Part shown: positions 24,042 through 36,857 of the stretch, one piece after another
Layout of the letters: each line of letters opens with the position of its first letter
Position numbering within the stretch: the stretch's first letter is position 1
NCBI RefSeq assembly: GCF_001194135.2
Contig: NC_068982.1
Span: 128,079,340-128,132,366 of the forward strand
Source of the DNA: Octopus bimaculoides
Lineage: Eukaryota
Direction of reading: 5' to 3'
DNA: 53,027 nt
Program-made: the position numbers and the translations under genes
The notes under the pieces: model-generated
Told to the model about the DNA's origin: nothing
The model's database searches: none
What the model saw: the letters and a program-made list of their open reading frames with translations, nothing else

Positions 24042-26499
24042 TTAATGAGTAATCTCATTATCATGGGAGCTGTAATGTTCATACTTTTCACAAGGTCACT
24101 ATTGTTGTAAGTGATGTGGAAATAGTTAATATTGGAATATAAACTGAGTTGCACACTTCATTTATTGACGGCTTACTCTTTATTTTACAACGTTCTCCTT
24201 CATGATTGAATAACTGCATATTTGAATGTCTCACAGGTCAAATCACATGTTAAACATAACAGGCACAAATTTTAATGCAGTAAGGGTCTGCTATACGATA
24301 GACAGCAAAGTTTTAAATGAGTGTTTGTGAATATAGATTTGTAGTAGATGAGATGAGCTTTCTTTACACTTTCACTCATTTAATTTGTGTTTGTGTATGT
24401 CATTAGATACATCACAGGAAAGTGTCTTAACCAATTTTTGTCTCTCGTCCTTTCTAACACCTCATCGGAGTAATGGGGAGAGAGAAAGTATTCATGTTCA
24501 TTATCCTAATCTAAGTGTTAAGGAGAGAAGCCTTTAGCTTTCAGCATCATCACTTACCAATACCAAAGTGATATTTAATCATATTTTGTAAAAAATAATC
24601 CTTTCTAATATAGGCACAAGGCCTGAAATTTCGGGGAGGAGGATAGTCGATTACATCGACCCCAGTTCTCAACTAGTACTTAATTTATCGACCCTGAAAG
24701 TCGACCTTGATAGAATTTGAACTCACAACATAGTGACAGGCGAAATACCGCTAATGATCTGCCAGCTTGCTACCTTCTATTTTGTTAATTATAATGTTTG
24801 TGTGTGGACTGAAAGAACACCAGAGTGTGATCTTCACTAATGAAAGGTGTGTTTGTTCTGTTACATATGCATCTTGGTAGGTGATGATAAGTATGAGAAG
24901 TGACTGATTGGATTTTCCATTGAGAGCACTGGAATACTGCCATGTGTGTGTGTGTGAATATATCATAGTAGTTGGAATGAATTTGGTGTTGAGTATGGCG
25001 TTGCATGTAATTATGCATATTTGTTGTTACATGTGTATATGTTTGCCAGAATATACATATGAATAGATCTAAGCATATATAATTGTATTTTATATATGTT
25101 ATTTATGAACATGTTTATTAGTTGTCATTGCTAGTAATTTTGTTTGTTGGAGATTGTTTGAAGTGTTTTGATAAACAAAAATTTGGTGGTGACACTGTAT
25201 TGTTTGTTATTTTGTAGATATATCTGGTGTTTATATCAGGAATATAGTTTTGTATATATGAATGAAGTGGAGTGTCAGAGCTGCTTCTTGTAGACGCATG
25301 TTTAGCCTTGAGAGGAATTTGGATGTCTGATCTAAATAGCAGTTGTTTGGAAGTTTATAACTTCCATGTAGACTTTTGGTGTTTTCAATGTAATATACAA
25401 ATTCAAACACTTTCTCAGTTGTACTATTCCAGGAGTTGTTGCATGTATCTGAATCCATTCATGGTTTTGGTGTTTTGACATATAAACACTTTGTTCTTTT
25501 ATTGAAGTATCTATTTAAGACTTGCTCTTTGGTTTTGTATAGACTGAGGTAAAGTAAACCTTACATACTGATTGTAACCTATTGTTAAGGATGATTTCTT
25601 TTGTGGTTGCTTAGTTACTGTTATTTTGATATTCATCTATCAGTTGTTGTTGGTGAGTGTAGTATTCACATTTTTCCATGTGCAATTGTGTAGACTATTG
25701 TTAAGAGAAATGTAGTGGCTAAAGTTATATGTATTGTGTATTGTAGAATATGAATTTGTCAGTGAGATAGTTATTGGCAAGTATATGTAATACAAGAGAT
25801 TTGAGTTGCTAATATATTAGAAGTGGAACTTTTAGTGAAACCTCTCTTGAGGAGTGTTTTGATGACAGATATTTTATTCTAAATTTCACTTTTGTTATTT
25901 ATGTATATGCAGTAGTGGATAGGCTTGGTGTAAGCAGAAGTTGTCAATTCATCATCTGAGACACACATTTAAAACCACACATGTTATAGTATTGACATTG
26001 AGTGAGTGAAGTTTACTATAGAGTTATCTTCCAGTTCATTTCATAGAGCTTCAGCTTTAATTAAGATTCCTGGTGACAAGAAACCCATTGTCTACTTTCT
26101 GACAATAAACAGTGAGTTTATGTATTCATGTGGGTCAACATGTTTGATTTTAAAGCTGACATCATAAATGGAAAATGTCAGACTGAGTTGAGAACCTATA
26201 GCTACATTGTTAAGCAAAATATGTTTTGTTAGTAGATTGACTGCTGGTACTCTTTCAGCTTAGTACAGTTTTTCACAGCATTTTTAGATAAGTGTTACAG
26301 GAGTAGTTTAAAAAGAGAAAAGGCCTAATCTATGATAATGTGAGTATGGTGACATAGCTATAAATATATTCTGGCCAAAATTTGCAAATTGCTTTACTCA
26401 GCTTGAGGTCAATTTCTAACCTACGGTTAGTTGAGATGACCTTTTAGTTATTCATTGGTGTCCTTGGAGATTTTTGGTTATTGAGAATAAGGACTTCTC

Positions 26500-27560
26500 T
26501 CTTTCCATATAGATTCCGCATGAATAATAATATCCTCATGTGTCAATATCATATGCAAATGTTATAAACTACCAAAGTTATTAAGAACTTATTAGGAAAG
26601 GACAAAATGAGCCTGAAAATACAAACCAATCACAAACTGCATAAGTAAAGCTTTAAGAAATCATTAATGATTGGCTGGTCTGATATTCACTGTAGATTCA
26701 GGAGTCAATGAAACATCCTTGATGACATGAGCAGCTCTGTGACTCTGTGAACAGTCATCTGGTTGACTTGTTGTGGCTCATGTGCAGGAGAGCAGAGATC
26801 TTGATTCTTTTTGCTTCCATCTCGATACACCTTCTCACAACAGAAAAGACATTTTAATGACACATGCTAGAAAAATAGAACTTTAAATATGCTTGATAGC
26901 ACTCTTTCTATCACAGACGTTAACCTCTTTAAAGATCAAAACCAGTGTAACAGGACTTTTGCAAAGTACATTCAGTGTTATCACAGTATTATCTACTGAT
27001 GAGACATGATATTGTAGTTAAAACACTGTATAATGACATCTGTTAAAAGGACGCCCCTGAGGCCAAAGAAATAAGAACCTGCAGTATGGTAGAAGCCATA
27101 GCCATTCGTAATAAGTACTGGTAGAATATTCCAATGAAAACCTCAATAAAATTTAAACATAATAGAATTGACATAGTGTTTTGGGACAGAGAAGAGAAAC
27201 TGTGTACAGTTGTAGAAATCAAAGCTAAAGATCAGTGAAAAAGGAAATACCTCTGCTGAACTATTGAGAAATCTACAGTTACTCTACTCAGATTACAAGT
27301 TCAGATTTATACCTTTAACTACTGAGACACTGGGATATGTAACACACCGCCTAAGTATCAATCTTGAGAAATTAGGTTTCTCAAAATCAGAAAGGGGAAA
27401 ACTGATTCAAAGACTACAGATCACAGCAATCACTGGAACTGTAAAAATCTATAAAACTTTCCAGAAGTTTATCATTTAAATATATACACATGTCTAGACA
27501 TGCAACTATATGCATGAGAATACATACAAATCTGCACATGCACTGACTCCAAATACTGCA
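26500..27560 (+). mobile_element. Decayed RLE-encoding non-LTR retrotransposon 3' end (R4/Dong- or NeSL-like)
   Basis: RHDIVVKTLYND (27002 onward), KHNRIDIVFWDREEKLCTVVEI (degenerate PD..E nuclease), ELLRNLQLLYSDYKFRFIPL...LGYV...LEKLGF...GTVKIYKTF* ending at 27479; several stops and frameshifts. Confidence 0.8.
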
Positions 27561-29214
27561 CATATACACACATGCATGCATACAAACAAACAAAATCTGT
27601 ATGCGAATGTTAATATTCCATATTTGTCACTGTTTGAGTGAAGTGATGTTAATGTTGACATCACTTGTTGGCATTTAAAGGCCTGTGGAATAAAAAAAAA
27701 TAGCCTTATTTGAAGAACAGATATGTGTTGGCGACATACAGAGCACCTAGCTGTGGAATCCTACCTCAAATAGTTCTCTATCCAAACCCATGCTAACATA
27801 GAAAAACATGCATTAATTGAATGAACAGTGATCTTTAAACCTATAAAGAATAACTTTATATACGAATTAAATCTATGGTATGTGAGGTCTAACAGTTAAG
27901 AATAAAGTCTGTGATCTACTGTCTTCAGTTAAGGAAAAATTCCATAAAGTTATAACTGCTAGAAAGGTGATTCTATTTTCAGCTATTTCTTTGTGAGCCA
28001 CACTGAGTTAATTCTCATTTATGAAAGGGTTAATTGTTAATGGAGTGTATCTTTGGTGGATGTAATTTATCTATATATAATGTTAGCACATTCAAAACAA
28101 TTTTTCTCTTGTAACATGTTTGAAACAATTATGTAGCACCATACTTTGCAATAAAATTCAACTTTACTTTATTCAGTATAAAAGTCTCTATCTGGAAAAC
28201 TTTCTACATTTTTAATAGTTAAACAGTTACCATGCTTCAGTGTTAAAATGTCTCGAATTTTTATCCATCTTTTCATTATTTCTCCTTATTGATATGCACC
28301 AAGAACTGATTCACTCTTTAAAAGAAAATAAACTTAACGCACTTGTTACCATATAGGTGGAGAATTCTTAGTGTATTTCAGTTCATGATGACAGTTATAT
28401 CTTAAGTTTAACAACTGTTTTTTTTTTCATCTTGAAATAATACATAGAAGAAATGGTTTAGAAATTTATCTTGTCAGGAAGGAAGATAGATCCTTCATAT
28501 AGTTTGAGGTTTCCACTGTAGTTGTTATAGCTACAGCTATTCATGCTATAGCTTTTCAGTACTGCCCACCCCATCATCTAATCAAATCATTTCTCACTAT
28601 ACATTAAGGGACACGCATCAATTTTCATTAGACAAAGAACTTTTTTTTCTTCCCTTCAGCATACTGACATTGCTGTTAGAACCAAAGAGTGAACTCCATT
28701 CCATCAATATACATTCATCAGCAATGCAACACAATTGTCTGTTGGTTTAGTTCATATGTTTTTAACTTTTAGTATAGCGTGGCCTGATGGTTAAAGTGTT
28801 AGGCTAACAACCATAAAGTCACAGGTTCATTTCTTGGACCAGGTGGTGCCTCTTGTTCTTGAGCAAGACATTTCATTTCATGATGTTTTAGTTCTCTCAG
28901 CTGAAAATGAGGAACAGTGGCATCCTGTTCAGTAGGGTATTCATATAAACTCAGTTGCTTAAACACCATGCAAATTGGAAAAAGCCCCAGCTTAATGGGC
29001 TTGTAGGTTTGAGACAGACTTACCCTTAAGGAACACTAAGGTTCTTCATCCTACATACCTGAAAAAGTAATAAACTGCTCAAGTGACTTAAAATAGAATT
29101 GACCAAAAAGGTTTTAAGATGTACCTAAATAAAAAGCTGGCTCGCATATGTATAGAGAGAAATAAGATGAACAATAAATTTAGGAAGCTAATTATATTTT
29201 AATTTATGTATATC

Positions 29215-29720
29215 ATCATCATCATCATTTGATGTTCATTTTCCATGCTGGCTTGGGATGGACGGTTTGACTGAGGACTGGCAAGCCAATAGCCTGCACC
29301 AGGCTCCTGTCTGATCTATAGCCGGATGCCTTTCCTAACACCAACCACTCCAGGATTGTGGTGGGTGCGCATTTCATGCGCCACATTAATATATGTATGT
29401 GTGGCACAAAGCCACCTCACCCCCTCACTACTACCCCCCTCTCAGCTAAAGTGGATTTTGCCTTGTAAGTTATGTGGTGACCCTTTCAGTGTTGGTGCCA
29501 TGTAAAAAGCACTGGTAAGGGTTCCACATACAATGCACTGATTATGGTGTCACATAAAAAGCATCCAATGCTCTCTGTAAAGTGGTTGGCATTAGGAAGG
29601 GCATCCAGGCATAGAAACCTTGCCAAAACAGACAGTGGATGCTGGTGCAGACCCCTGCCTAACCAGCCCCTGCCAAACCATCCAACCCATGCTGGCATGG
29701 AAAATGGATATTAAATGATG
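29215..29720. mobile_element. Two diverged RTE 3' UTR copies in inverted arrangement
   Basis: One copy at about 29215-29390 (CAT tail on the left) and an opposite copy at about 29480-29720 (GAT tail on the right). Confidence 0.7.
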
Positions 29721-30394
29721 ATGGTGTGTGTTTGCAAGTGTACCTTTGTCTTAACTTCATGTGACAAGTGTAAGTGAACATCATGCAAGTGATTCCTACT
29801 CTTCTGCTGAAAACATGTCTGACCATGGGGAAATATTATCTTGCCTGGAATCAGGTAAGGGTCAGAGATAGGAAGAACCTTCATCCATAGAAAATCTGCC
29901 TCAACAAATTCTGTCTGACCTATGCATGGGAAAACAGGCATTAAATGATTATGATGATGAAGAAGAATTATCATTATTATTATTATTTTTCAATAGCCTT
30001 ATTTTTAATCACATGTTTTCACTGCACTACTGAGCACAGCTGTGTGCCTTGGGTATGTGCTGTGGCTTGTTGTGGTGCTCTTATTTTTACTGTATTGAAA
30101 GTGTTTTACATAGCATGTGTGTAGGCAGAAGCGTTAACACGCCAGGCAAAATGCTTAGTGGCATTTTGCCTGTCCTTACGTTCTGGGTTCCACTGAGGTC
30201 GACTTTGCTTTTCATCCTTTTGGGGTTGATAAATTAAGTACCAGTGGAGTATTGGTGTCAATGTAATTGACTAGTCCCCTCCCACCAAATTTCAGGCCTT
30301 GTGCCTTTAGTAGAAAGGATTATCATTGTTATTACTGATAGTTGTTTTATTTCATATCAGTTATTGTGATGAATATTATTTATTTATTTATTTA

Positions 30395-30445
30395 TTGTTA
30401 TTATTGTTATTATTATTATTATCATTATTGTTATTATTATTATTA

Positions 30446-30510
<65 letters not shown>
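30395..30510. repeat. (TTA)n microsatellite
   Basis: Directly visible; ends 40 nt before the exon F acceptor. Confidence 0.95.
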
Positions 30511-30512
<2 letters not shown>

Positions 30513-30550
30513 AGAACTATTTCTAAAACAGTTTTCTTTCTCTGTCATAG

Positions 30551-30726
30551 GCTTTTGTTGATAGCAATCCTTCTATGAAGTGGTGCCCTTACCCAGGTTG
30601 TGCTAGAGCAGTTCACCTACCAGAAATTGAAAATAACACAGGATCTAATTCATTACTGTCTACCGTTAAAATACCAGAAGATACTTCTCGAGCTGTTGAC
30701 TGCGGGAATGGTCATTATTTCTGTTG
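30551..30726 (+). CDS. ANKIB1: ANKIB1-like exon F, IBR domain (AFVDSNPSMKWCPYPGCARAV...AVDCGNGHYFC(W)), phase 0-2
   Basis: tctgtcatag acceptor, GTCAGT donor at 30727; KWCPxPGC and VDCGxGHxFCW IBR motifs. Confidence 0.95.
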
Positions 30727-31392
30727 GTCAGTAACAAAATATTACCTAATCTTCAACTGAAATGTTTTTGTAATTTCTATTTTTCTTTACCTTTTGTTTG
30801 TTTCTTTTTTTGTCAATTACATGAGATGATGTCTGTTTATAAGTAAATGACAAGAAAAAATAACAACAGGTAATTAGGGTAAATGACAGCTATTTATCCA
30901 AAAATTAATGTAATTATAGTGAAATATTTCTCACCCACCTCTCTCCCTCTCACTGTTTGTGCATGCATGTGCATGTATCTATCAATCTATATATTCTATC
31001 TATCTATCTACCTCCCTATCTTTCTCATCATCATCATCATATGTCCGTTTTCTATGCCTTTCTAGTTTTAAATGTGTTGCTGGCTTAACATTTTGATCTC
31101 TATTATCTCTTCTCATCTTCAGATGATATTCTTGTTAAAATATAATGCAAAGATCATGGTCATAACCCTTCCTTCTGTCTAAACAATTGGAAAAACTAAA
31201 AACAAAACTACTTTAAAATTGCAACATTATTTGTCCTTTGGTACATAATACCAGTGGTTAGAATACCAGATCCAGTTGATAAAATGGTTGATTTTGTTTT
31301 AAGTCCTTGGTTTAGCTCAACATTATCACATGAATACAACTGGAGAGGATACACCATATCTACTATGAAAATAGGTTCCAATAAATTATTAA

Positions 31393-31973
31393 CCCTGTAA
31401 CATTCAGATTACTCTGTCAAATGTAACATTTTATTACCTCTGCCTTAGAGAAGGCAGAGGTATTGTTTTCAGTCATGTTTGTTTGTTTTTTGGTGGACAA
31501 GCTATCTCAAGACCCACTGGATGGATTCGGATGAAACTTTCAGGGATGTTTAGCCTCATGACTGGCACGCACTGATTAGATTTTGGGATCGATTCGGTGC
31601 CGGACAAGGATTTGGGATTATTTTTCCTGTGCTTTTACTTAATTTTTGAGAGCGATCGTGTTCATTTTTAGTATTCTCGTTTGTGAGAGCAGTCGAATTT
31701 ATTTCAGATATTCTCGTTTTAAATATCATCTCTGGCTAACCGTTGAGAGGACATTGGTGTTGCCTTGGCAGAGGTTTGCGCTCTCTGAGTGCTCTTGTTA
31801 ATATTGTTTTGTATTCATCATGCATCATCTTGTAGTTGTGAGACTTCAGTGGTAGGGGTGTTTATTTTTGGGTAAGACTTAATATAGTAGGTGTGAAAAG
31901 CTAGCCTATCTAGTTTGACCATAAAACAAATTGACTATTTTGGCTGAATATGGCTGGTTTGAATGTTAAAGGG
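31393..31973. mobile_element. piggyBac-type MITE, interrupted
   Basis: TTAA-CCCTGTAACATTCA ... TGAATGTTAAAGGG-TTAA (13 of 14 TIR match, TTAA TSD); related partial copies near 360-437, 4315-4385 and 20509-20710. Confidence 0.82.
31431..31799 (+). mobile_element. Helentron-associated non-autonomous element (HINE/DINE-1-like)
   Basis: 5' TTATTACCTCTGCC subTIR with short palindromic partner GGCAGAGGTA; 3' inverted subTIR GGCAGAGGT followed by stem-loop GCGCTCTCTGAGTGC; T-rich insertion site. Confidence 0.75.
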
Positions 31974-32111
31974 TTAAATAACTATTGAAATTAAGTGTGG
32001 GTGCAAGTGCAAATGTCATATGGGTATGAGATATTTTGGTACAGTCATTTAGGTGCTGCTTATTTGGCATCAATGATTCTACACTGATTGATTTGACATT
32101 AGATGCTTTAA

Positions 32112-32360
32112 TCTCTCTCACTCTCCTGTTTTTTATGTGAACATCTACTGATGTTTATATGTATGTACAATGTCACTTTCTCTCCTTCTCTCTCTTTCTC
32201 CTCCCACTCTCCCGTTTTTTGTGTAAGCATCTACTGATGTCTTTATGTATGTACAATGTCTCTTTCTCTCGTTCTCTCACTCTTTTTCTCTCTCTCTCTC
32301 CTCTCACTCTCCTGTTTTTTGTGTGAGCATCTGATGTTTATATGTATGTATAATGTCTCT

Positions 32361-32365
<5 letters not shown>
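32112..32365. repeat. Three imperfect tandem copies of a roughly 80-100 bp CT-rich unit
   Basis: 'ctcactctcctgtttttt(a/g)tgtgagcatctactgatgtttatatgtatgtacaatgtc' recurs three times. Confidence 0.8.
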
Positions 32366-32412
<47 letters not shown>

Positions 32413-34240
32413 TTTTTTCTGTATGTGCATGCATATGTGAGTGTTTGTGTTTGCCTCCAGTGCCAAACATATTCTGGCACCAAAACAGGTTGAATCTTCA
32501 GTCAGTTGTGCCAGATTGTTAACATCCAAACAGTTGCACCCAATCATTTCATTCCTATGACTTACACAAAATTAAACTGAAAAACTGAACATCCAGAGAC
32601 TCACTTTTGGGTTCTGTTTCTTATTAGCTGTTTCAGATGGCCTAAACTTTTAATTTTAAACTATATATATTACTTGTTAAATTCCACATTAGTCCTCAAA
32701 AAACAAATTTAATTTAACTGTATTAATGTATACAATATCTGTCATTTATATTATATATCCATATTTTTCCATAATTCACATGACTAAATGAAGGGGAAAA
32801 TAAATATATAATTTTTTTGTTTTGCTCTTTAATATGCATAATCAACTTTTAATCTTAGGATCGAAAAACACAACTAAATGTCAAATTTCCATTTTTCATT
32901 TTGGTTAATTAGAAAAAAATATTTTGAGCCTTACGTTATTATCTTTCATTTAGCATATATAGAGTTCTGCATCCATTTAAAATTCTAATTTAGTTTGGTG
33001 CATTTCATTATTTACTGCTGAAATTGACAGGGAAAAGATTATTAGTTGTATTTCCTAATTAATCTTATGAACTCAAACTATTTGCAGTTATGATATTTTC
33101 TTTTCAAGGTTATATCTCATGGAAGTCAGTGTTTGAGTCCCATGATCTTATAACTTGTAGTTGTATATGGTTACCAGACACCCACCGAATATTTAGAAAT
33201 TTAAAGTGTAACTAACAAGGTTGAAATTCTTCCAAGAATTTCATTTATGCTAATAAAATGAAATAAATAATTTTCTAAGGGAGTAAAATTACTTAATTGC
33301 TAAGTTTACATTTCATATAAAAGCAGGTTATGGTCTAAGATCCTTATCTCTGTAACATATACAGTAGCAATTCTTCATTACTGCTGCACTAACATGTTAA
33401 AATGTTGACTTCATTTGTTTGTTTAGTGTCTGTATTTCCATATTAATCTGGATTGGCTAGAGACTTATTTGAGGTCGCATTTTATTGTTAGATGCCTTTC
33501 CTGCTGCTAACTCTTACCTGCTTTTCAAGTAACTTATTAGCACTAACATGTTTTACAGGCAACTTGTTAACACTAACCTGTTAGGAAAAGTATTTAGCTA
33601 TAAAAGAATTCTGAAGACATCTATATTTGCAGTGCCTGGTTATTGAGTCACAAGGCTTTGAAAATTATCTTGGTTTGTACATGCGGACAGAATAGTAACT
33701 GGAAATAGCAATGGAAATTACAATTGCATTTCTATGAAGCCTGGTTATATAAATGTGTTAATACAACTTAAATAATGCCCTGGTGATATTTTCCTTTTAA
33801 AATCTACATTGCTGTCTCACTTTTTAAATCTCATACATGTATACAGTTCTTTAATAGCAATATTGCCACAGCTGCAGTAGCTGATGTAGTTTTTTTTCTT
33901 TTTATGTGATTATTGAATGGAAGATGCATTAGTTAGATTGCAACTTAATAACTCTTATTCTAAAACCTGAATTCCCAACAAGATGTTGTGGGGTTTCTTT
34001 TTCAGCTTCAATGATCAGTCTCTCTTCTAACATATTCCATCTACGATGATTCAGTCTTTCTGTATGTCAAAGATTTCATTGACCAATGTGTCCTTTTTTT
34101 TTAATGATAAGAGGTAATTTATCAGCTCTTTCTAGCTCCCTCATCCAGTTTCATTGTAAAAAAAAAAAAAAAAACGAAAATATTATTTTATATGTTATTA
34201 TTAGTTAGTCAGAAAAGATGGGCAATACCCATAGTCCTCA

Positions 34241-34285
34241 AAGGCTGATGAAACCATGATCTTAACTAGAGGAAACCGTCTCTCT
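34241..34285 (+). ncRNA. Hammerhead-like remnant (intact core, broken stem II)
   Basis: agg-CUGAUGA-(20 nt)-GAAAC-c-GUC-ucu; core residues intact, stem II only 3 bp with a large bulge. Confidence 0.4.
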
Positions 34286-34592
34286 CACATTTTTGCGTCA
34301 TGACTCTGGAGCTAAACAACATTCTTTAAAATGTTTTTCCAGGGATTAATAATTTATATATATTTAGATATCAGTTAATATATCCAGATTGTTCTTAATC
34401 CGAATATAACTGATGAAATTCTCCTGATAAACATTAGCTTATTCTTTGTTACAAAAAAACAAAAGGTAAAACAAACCAAAAATTCTTTCTTAACTTTGAT
34501 ATTTTACAAAATGCTAGTAGCTACTTAGTTAAAATATTTATTGATTATTTGATGTCAAAATTTTAGTAATATTAAAAATGTAATTCTTCTAG

Positions 34593-34610
34593 GAAAGATC
34601 ATTTGGGAAG
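34593..34610 (+). CDS. Candidate 18-nt in-frame microexon (phase 2-2)
   Basis: ttcttctAG|GAAAGATCATTTGGGAAG|GTGAGT: consensus donor, plausible acceptor, multiple of 3 and stop-free in the ANKIB1 frame. No transcript support available. Confidence 0.3.
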
Positions 34611-35199
34611 GTGAGTTCAAACATATGTTGCAATGAACTCTTGGATATGAAGATAAACTAGCTTGGAACTTTGAAAGTCATGTGTTGATACACACATTCA
34701 AAACTATCATATAACCTTAATTTCTCTTTAGTATATTAACTTCCATTCTCATTAGGGAAAAAAATACTATGTTAGTAATAAAACTTGTGCATTATAACCA
34801 ATCCTCACAATCATAGCTATACTTTGCCCCTGGCTAAAGGGCATTTCAGTTCTCAAACCTTAAGTTGCCCAGCTACTATTTTATAAGTGTGTCAGCAACT
34901 TAATTTGTATAACAACAACAAAAAGAAAAGGTTTATGCTTATTTATTTCCATAAATAACATACAGTTGTTAATTGAAAATATACTCTAGCTTATTTTGTT
35001 GATGATGAATATTATTGAAAGTTTATGGATTACAATGGTTTGAAAAATAACCAAACACTAGGTCTAGTATATGGTAATCGTTTTTTATTGTGGTAAAATA
35101 TAAATGTTGAAATTTGAATCGAAATCGAACCGAATCCGACGACTGGCACCCATGTTAACCTATTCTTCATTGGACACTAAACTCTGCTTATGAAGACCT

Positions 35200-36040
35200 G
35201 TTGGGGCAAGTGAAATTGTAATTGAATCATACTCGATGACTGGCACCTGTGCCAGTGGAGCACTAACAGCACTGTTGAGCATGTTCATTGCCAGAGCAGC
35301 TGTCTGGCTTCCGTGCTAGTGACCCGTAAATAGCACCATTTGAGCGTAATCGTTACCAGCATTGCCTTCTAGCACTTGTGCTGGTGGCNNNNNNNNNNNN
35401 NNNNNNNNNNNNNNNNNNNNNNNNNNNNNNNNNNNNNNNNNNNNNNNNNNNNNNNNNNNNNNNNNNNNNNNNNNNNNNNNNNNNNNNNNNNNNNNNNNNN
35501 NNNNNNNNNNNNNNNNNNNNNNNNNNNNNNNNNNNNNNNNNNNNNNNNNNNNNNNNNNNNNNNNNNNNNNNNNNNNNNNNNNNNNNNNNNNNNNNNNNNN
35601 NNNNNNNNNNNNNNNAATCATTCAAGCGAGGTCGTTGCCAGTGCCGCTGGACTGGCTCCCGTGCAGGTGGCACATAAAAAACACCATTTTGACTGTGGCC
35701 ATTGCCAGTACCGTGTGACTGACCCTCGTGCCAGTACCGTGTGACTGACCCTCGTGCCAGTGGCACGTAAAGGCACCCACTACACTCTCGGAGTGGTTGG
35801 CATTAGGAAGGGCATCCAGTTGTAGAAACTCTGCCAAATCAGATTGGAGCCTGGTGCAGCCTTCTGGCTTGCCAGTCTTCAGTCAAATCGTCCAACCCAT
35901 GCTAGCATGGAAATCGGACGTTAAACGATGGTGATGTATATATATATGCACGTCCTGGTGCAGCCTCCTTGCTTGCCAGTCCTCAGTTAAACCATCCAAC
36001 CCATGCCAGCATGGAAAGTAGACTTTAAATGATGATGATG
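35200..36040 (+). mobile_element. RTE 3' UTR copy spanning gap 35389-35615, with a 26-bp internal tandem duplication and a second short tail copy
   Basis: Same unit as 10427-10803; 'gccagtaccgtgtgactgaccctcgt' duplicated at 35705-35756. Confidence 0.8.
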
Positions 36041-36805
36041 ATATTTTCATATGTATATATATATATATAATCATATACACACATAATTATATACATATAC
36101 ACACACACATATAATCTTATACATATGTATATGGTTTAAAAAACATGATTTATCTTCCTCAAATAGAGGAAAGGTCCTCTCTAAAATGTTATCTTGGAAT
36201 TCTGTCAGTCTTACAAAGTCATATAACTAGCTAAGTAGACAGCAAGCTTTCTTGAAGAGTACCGATACAAATTGGAATCAGTTATCAAGAGAACCAGTTT
36301 AAAAATAGATCTGAGGAATACTGAAAGACCCTTAAATTCAAAACACCATTCTGATATGCAAATAGATGACATTTCGAAATATTTATAAGAATTACCTATT
36401 GGGTATAAAAGCTGAAAATAATGTCAGTTCTTAAAGTTGAAGTCATTTGTGAAAAAAAAGGATATGATACACTCTTTCTGTTTGCTGATGCTAAGGTTAT
36501 CTAATTATAAATCCCTTTTAGAAGATTTAGTTGAAGTGAATGTCAGGTAGATTTAATCATAGTTGTAAAGGAATGATAACTTCTTTCATACACAGAGGTG
36601 GGGTGTATAGGTTACATAATGATGTTGATTAGTGTGTAGGTGCAAGCATGGCTATGTGGTTAAAATGTCTGCTTCCCAACCATATGGTTCCAGGTTGAAT
36701 CCTATTGCATGATACCTTGAGCAAATGTCTTCTACTATAGCCTTGGGTCAACCAAAATCATGCAAGTGAATTAGGTACAGGGAAACTAAAAGAAGTCTTT
36801 GTATA

Positions 36806-36857
<52 letters not shown>

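Noticed and set aside
30326-30578. Poly-Leu and poly-Tyr ORFs
   Set aside because: (TTA)n microsatellite.
30727-30760. C-terminus SVTKYYLIFN* as the true end of the protein
   Set aside because: Read-through past the GT donor at 30727; RBR architecture needs the rest of the IBR and RING2.
36170-36560. CR1/L2-like RT remnant (LFLFADAKV)
   Set aside because: Single degenerate motif; not enough to call.
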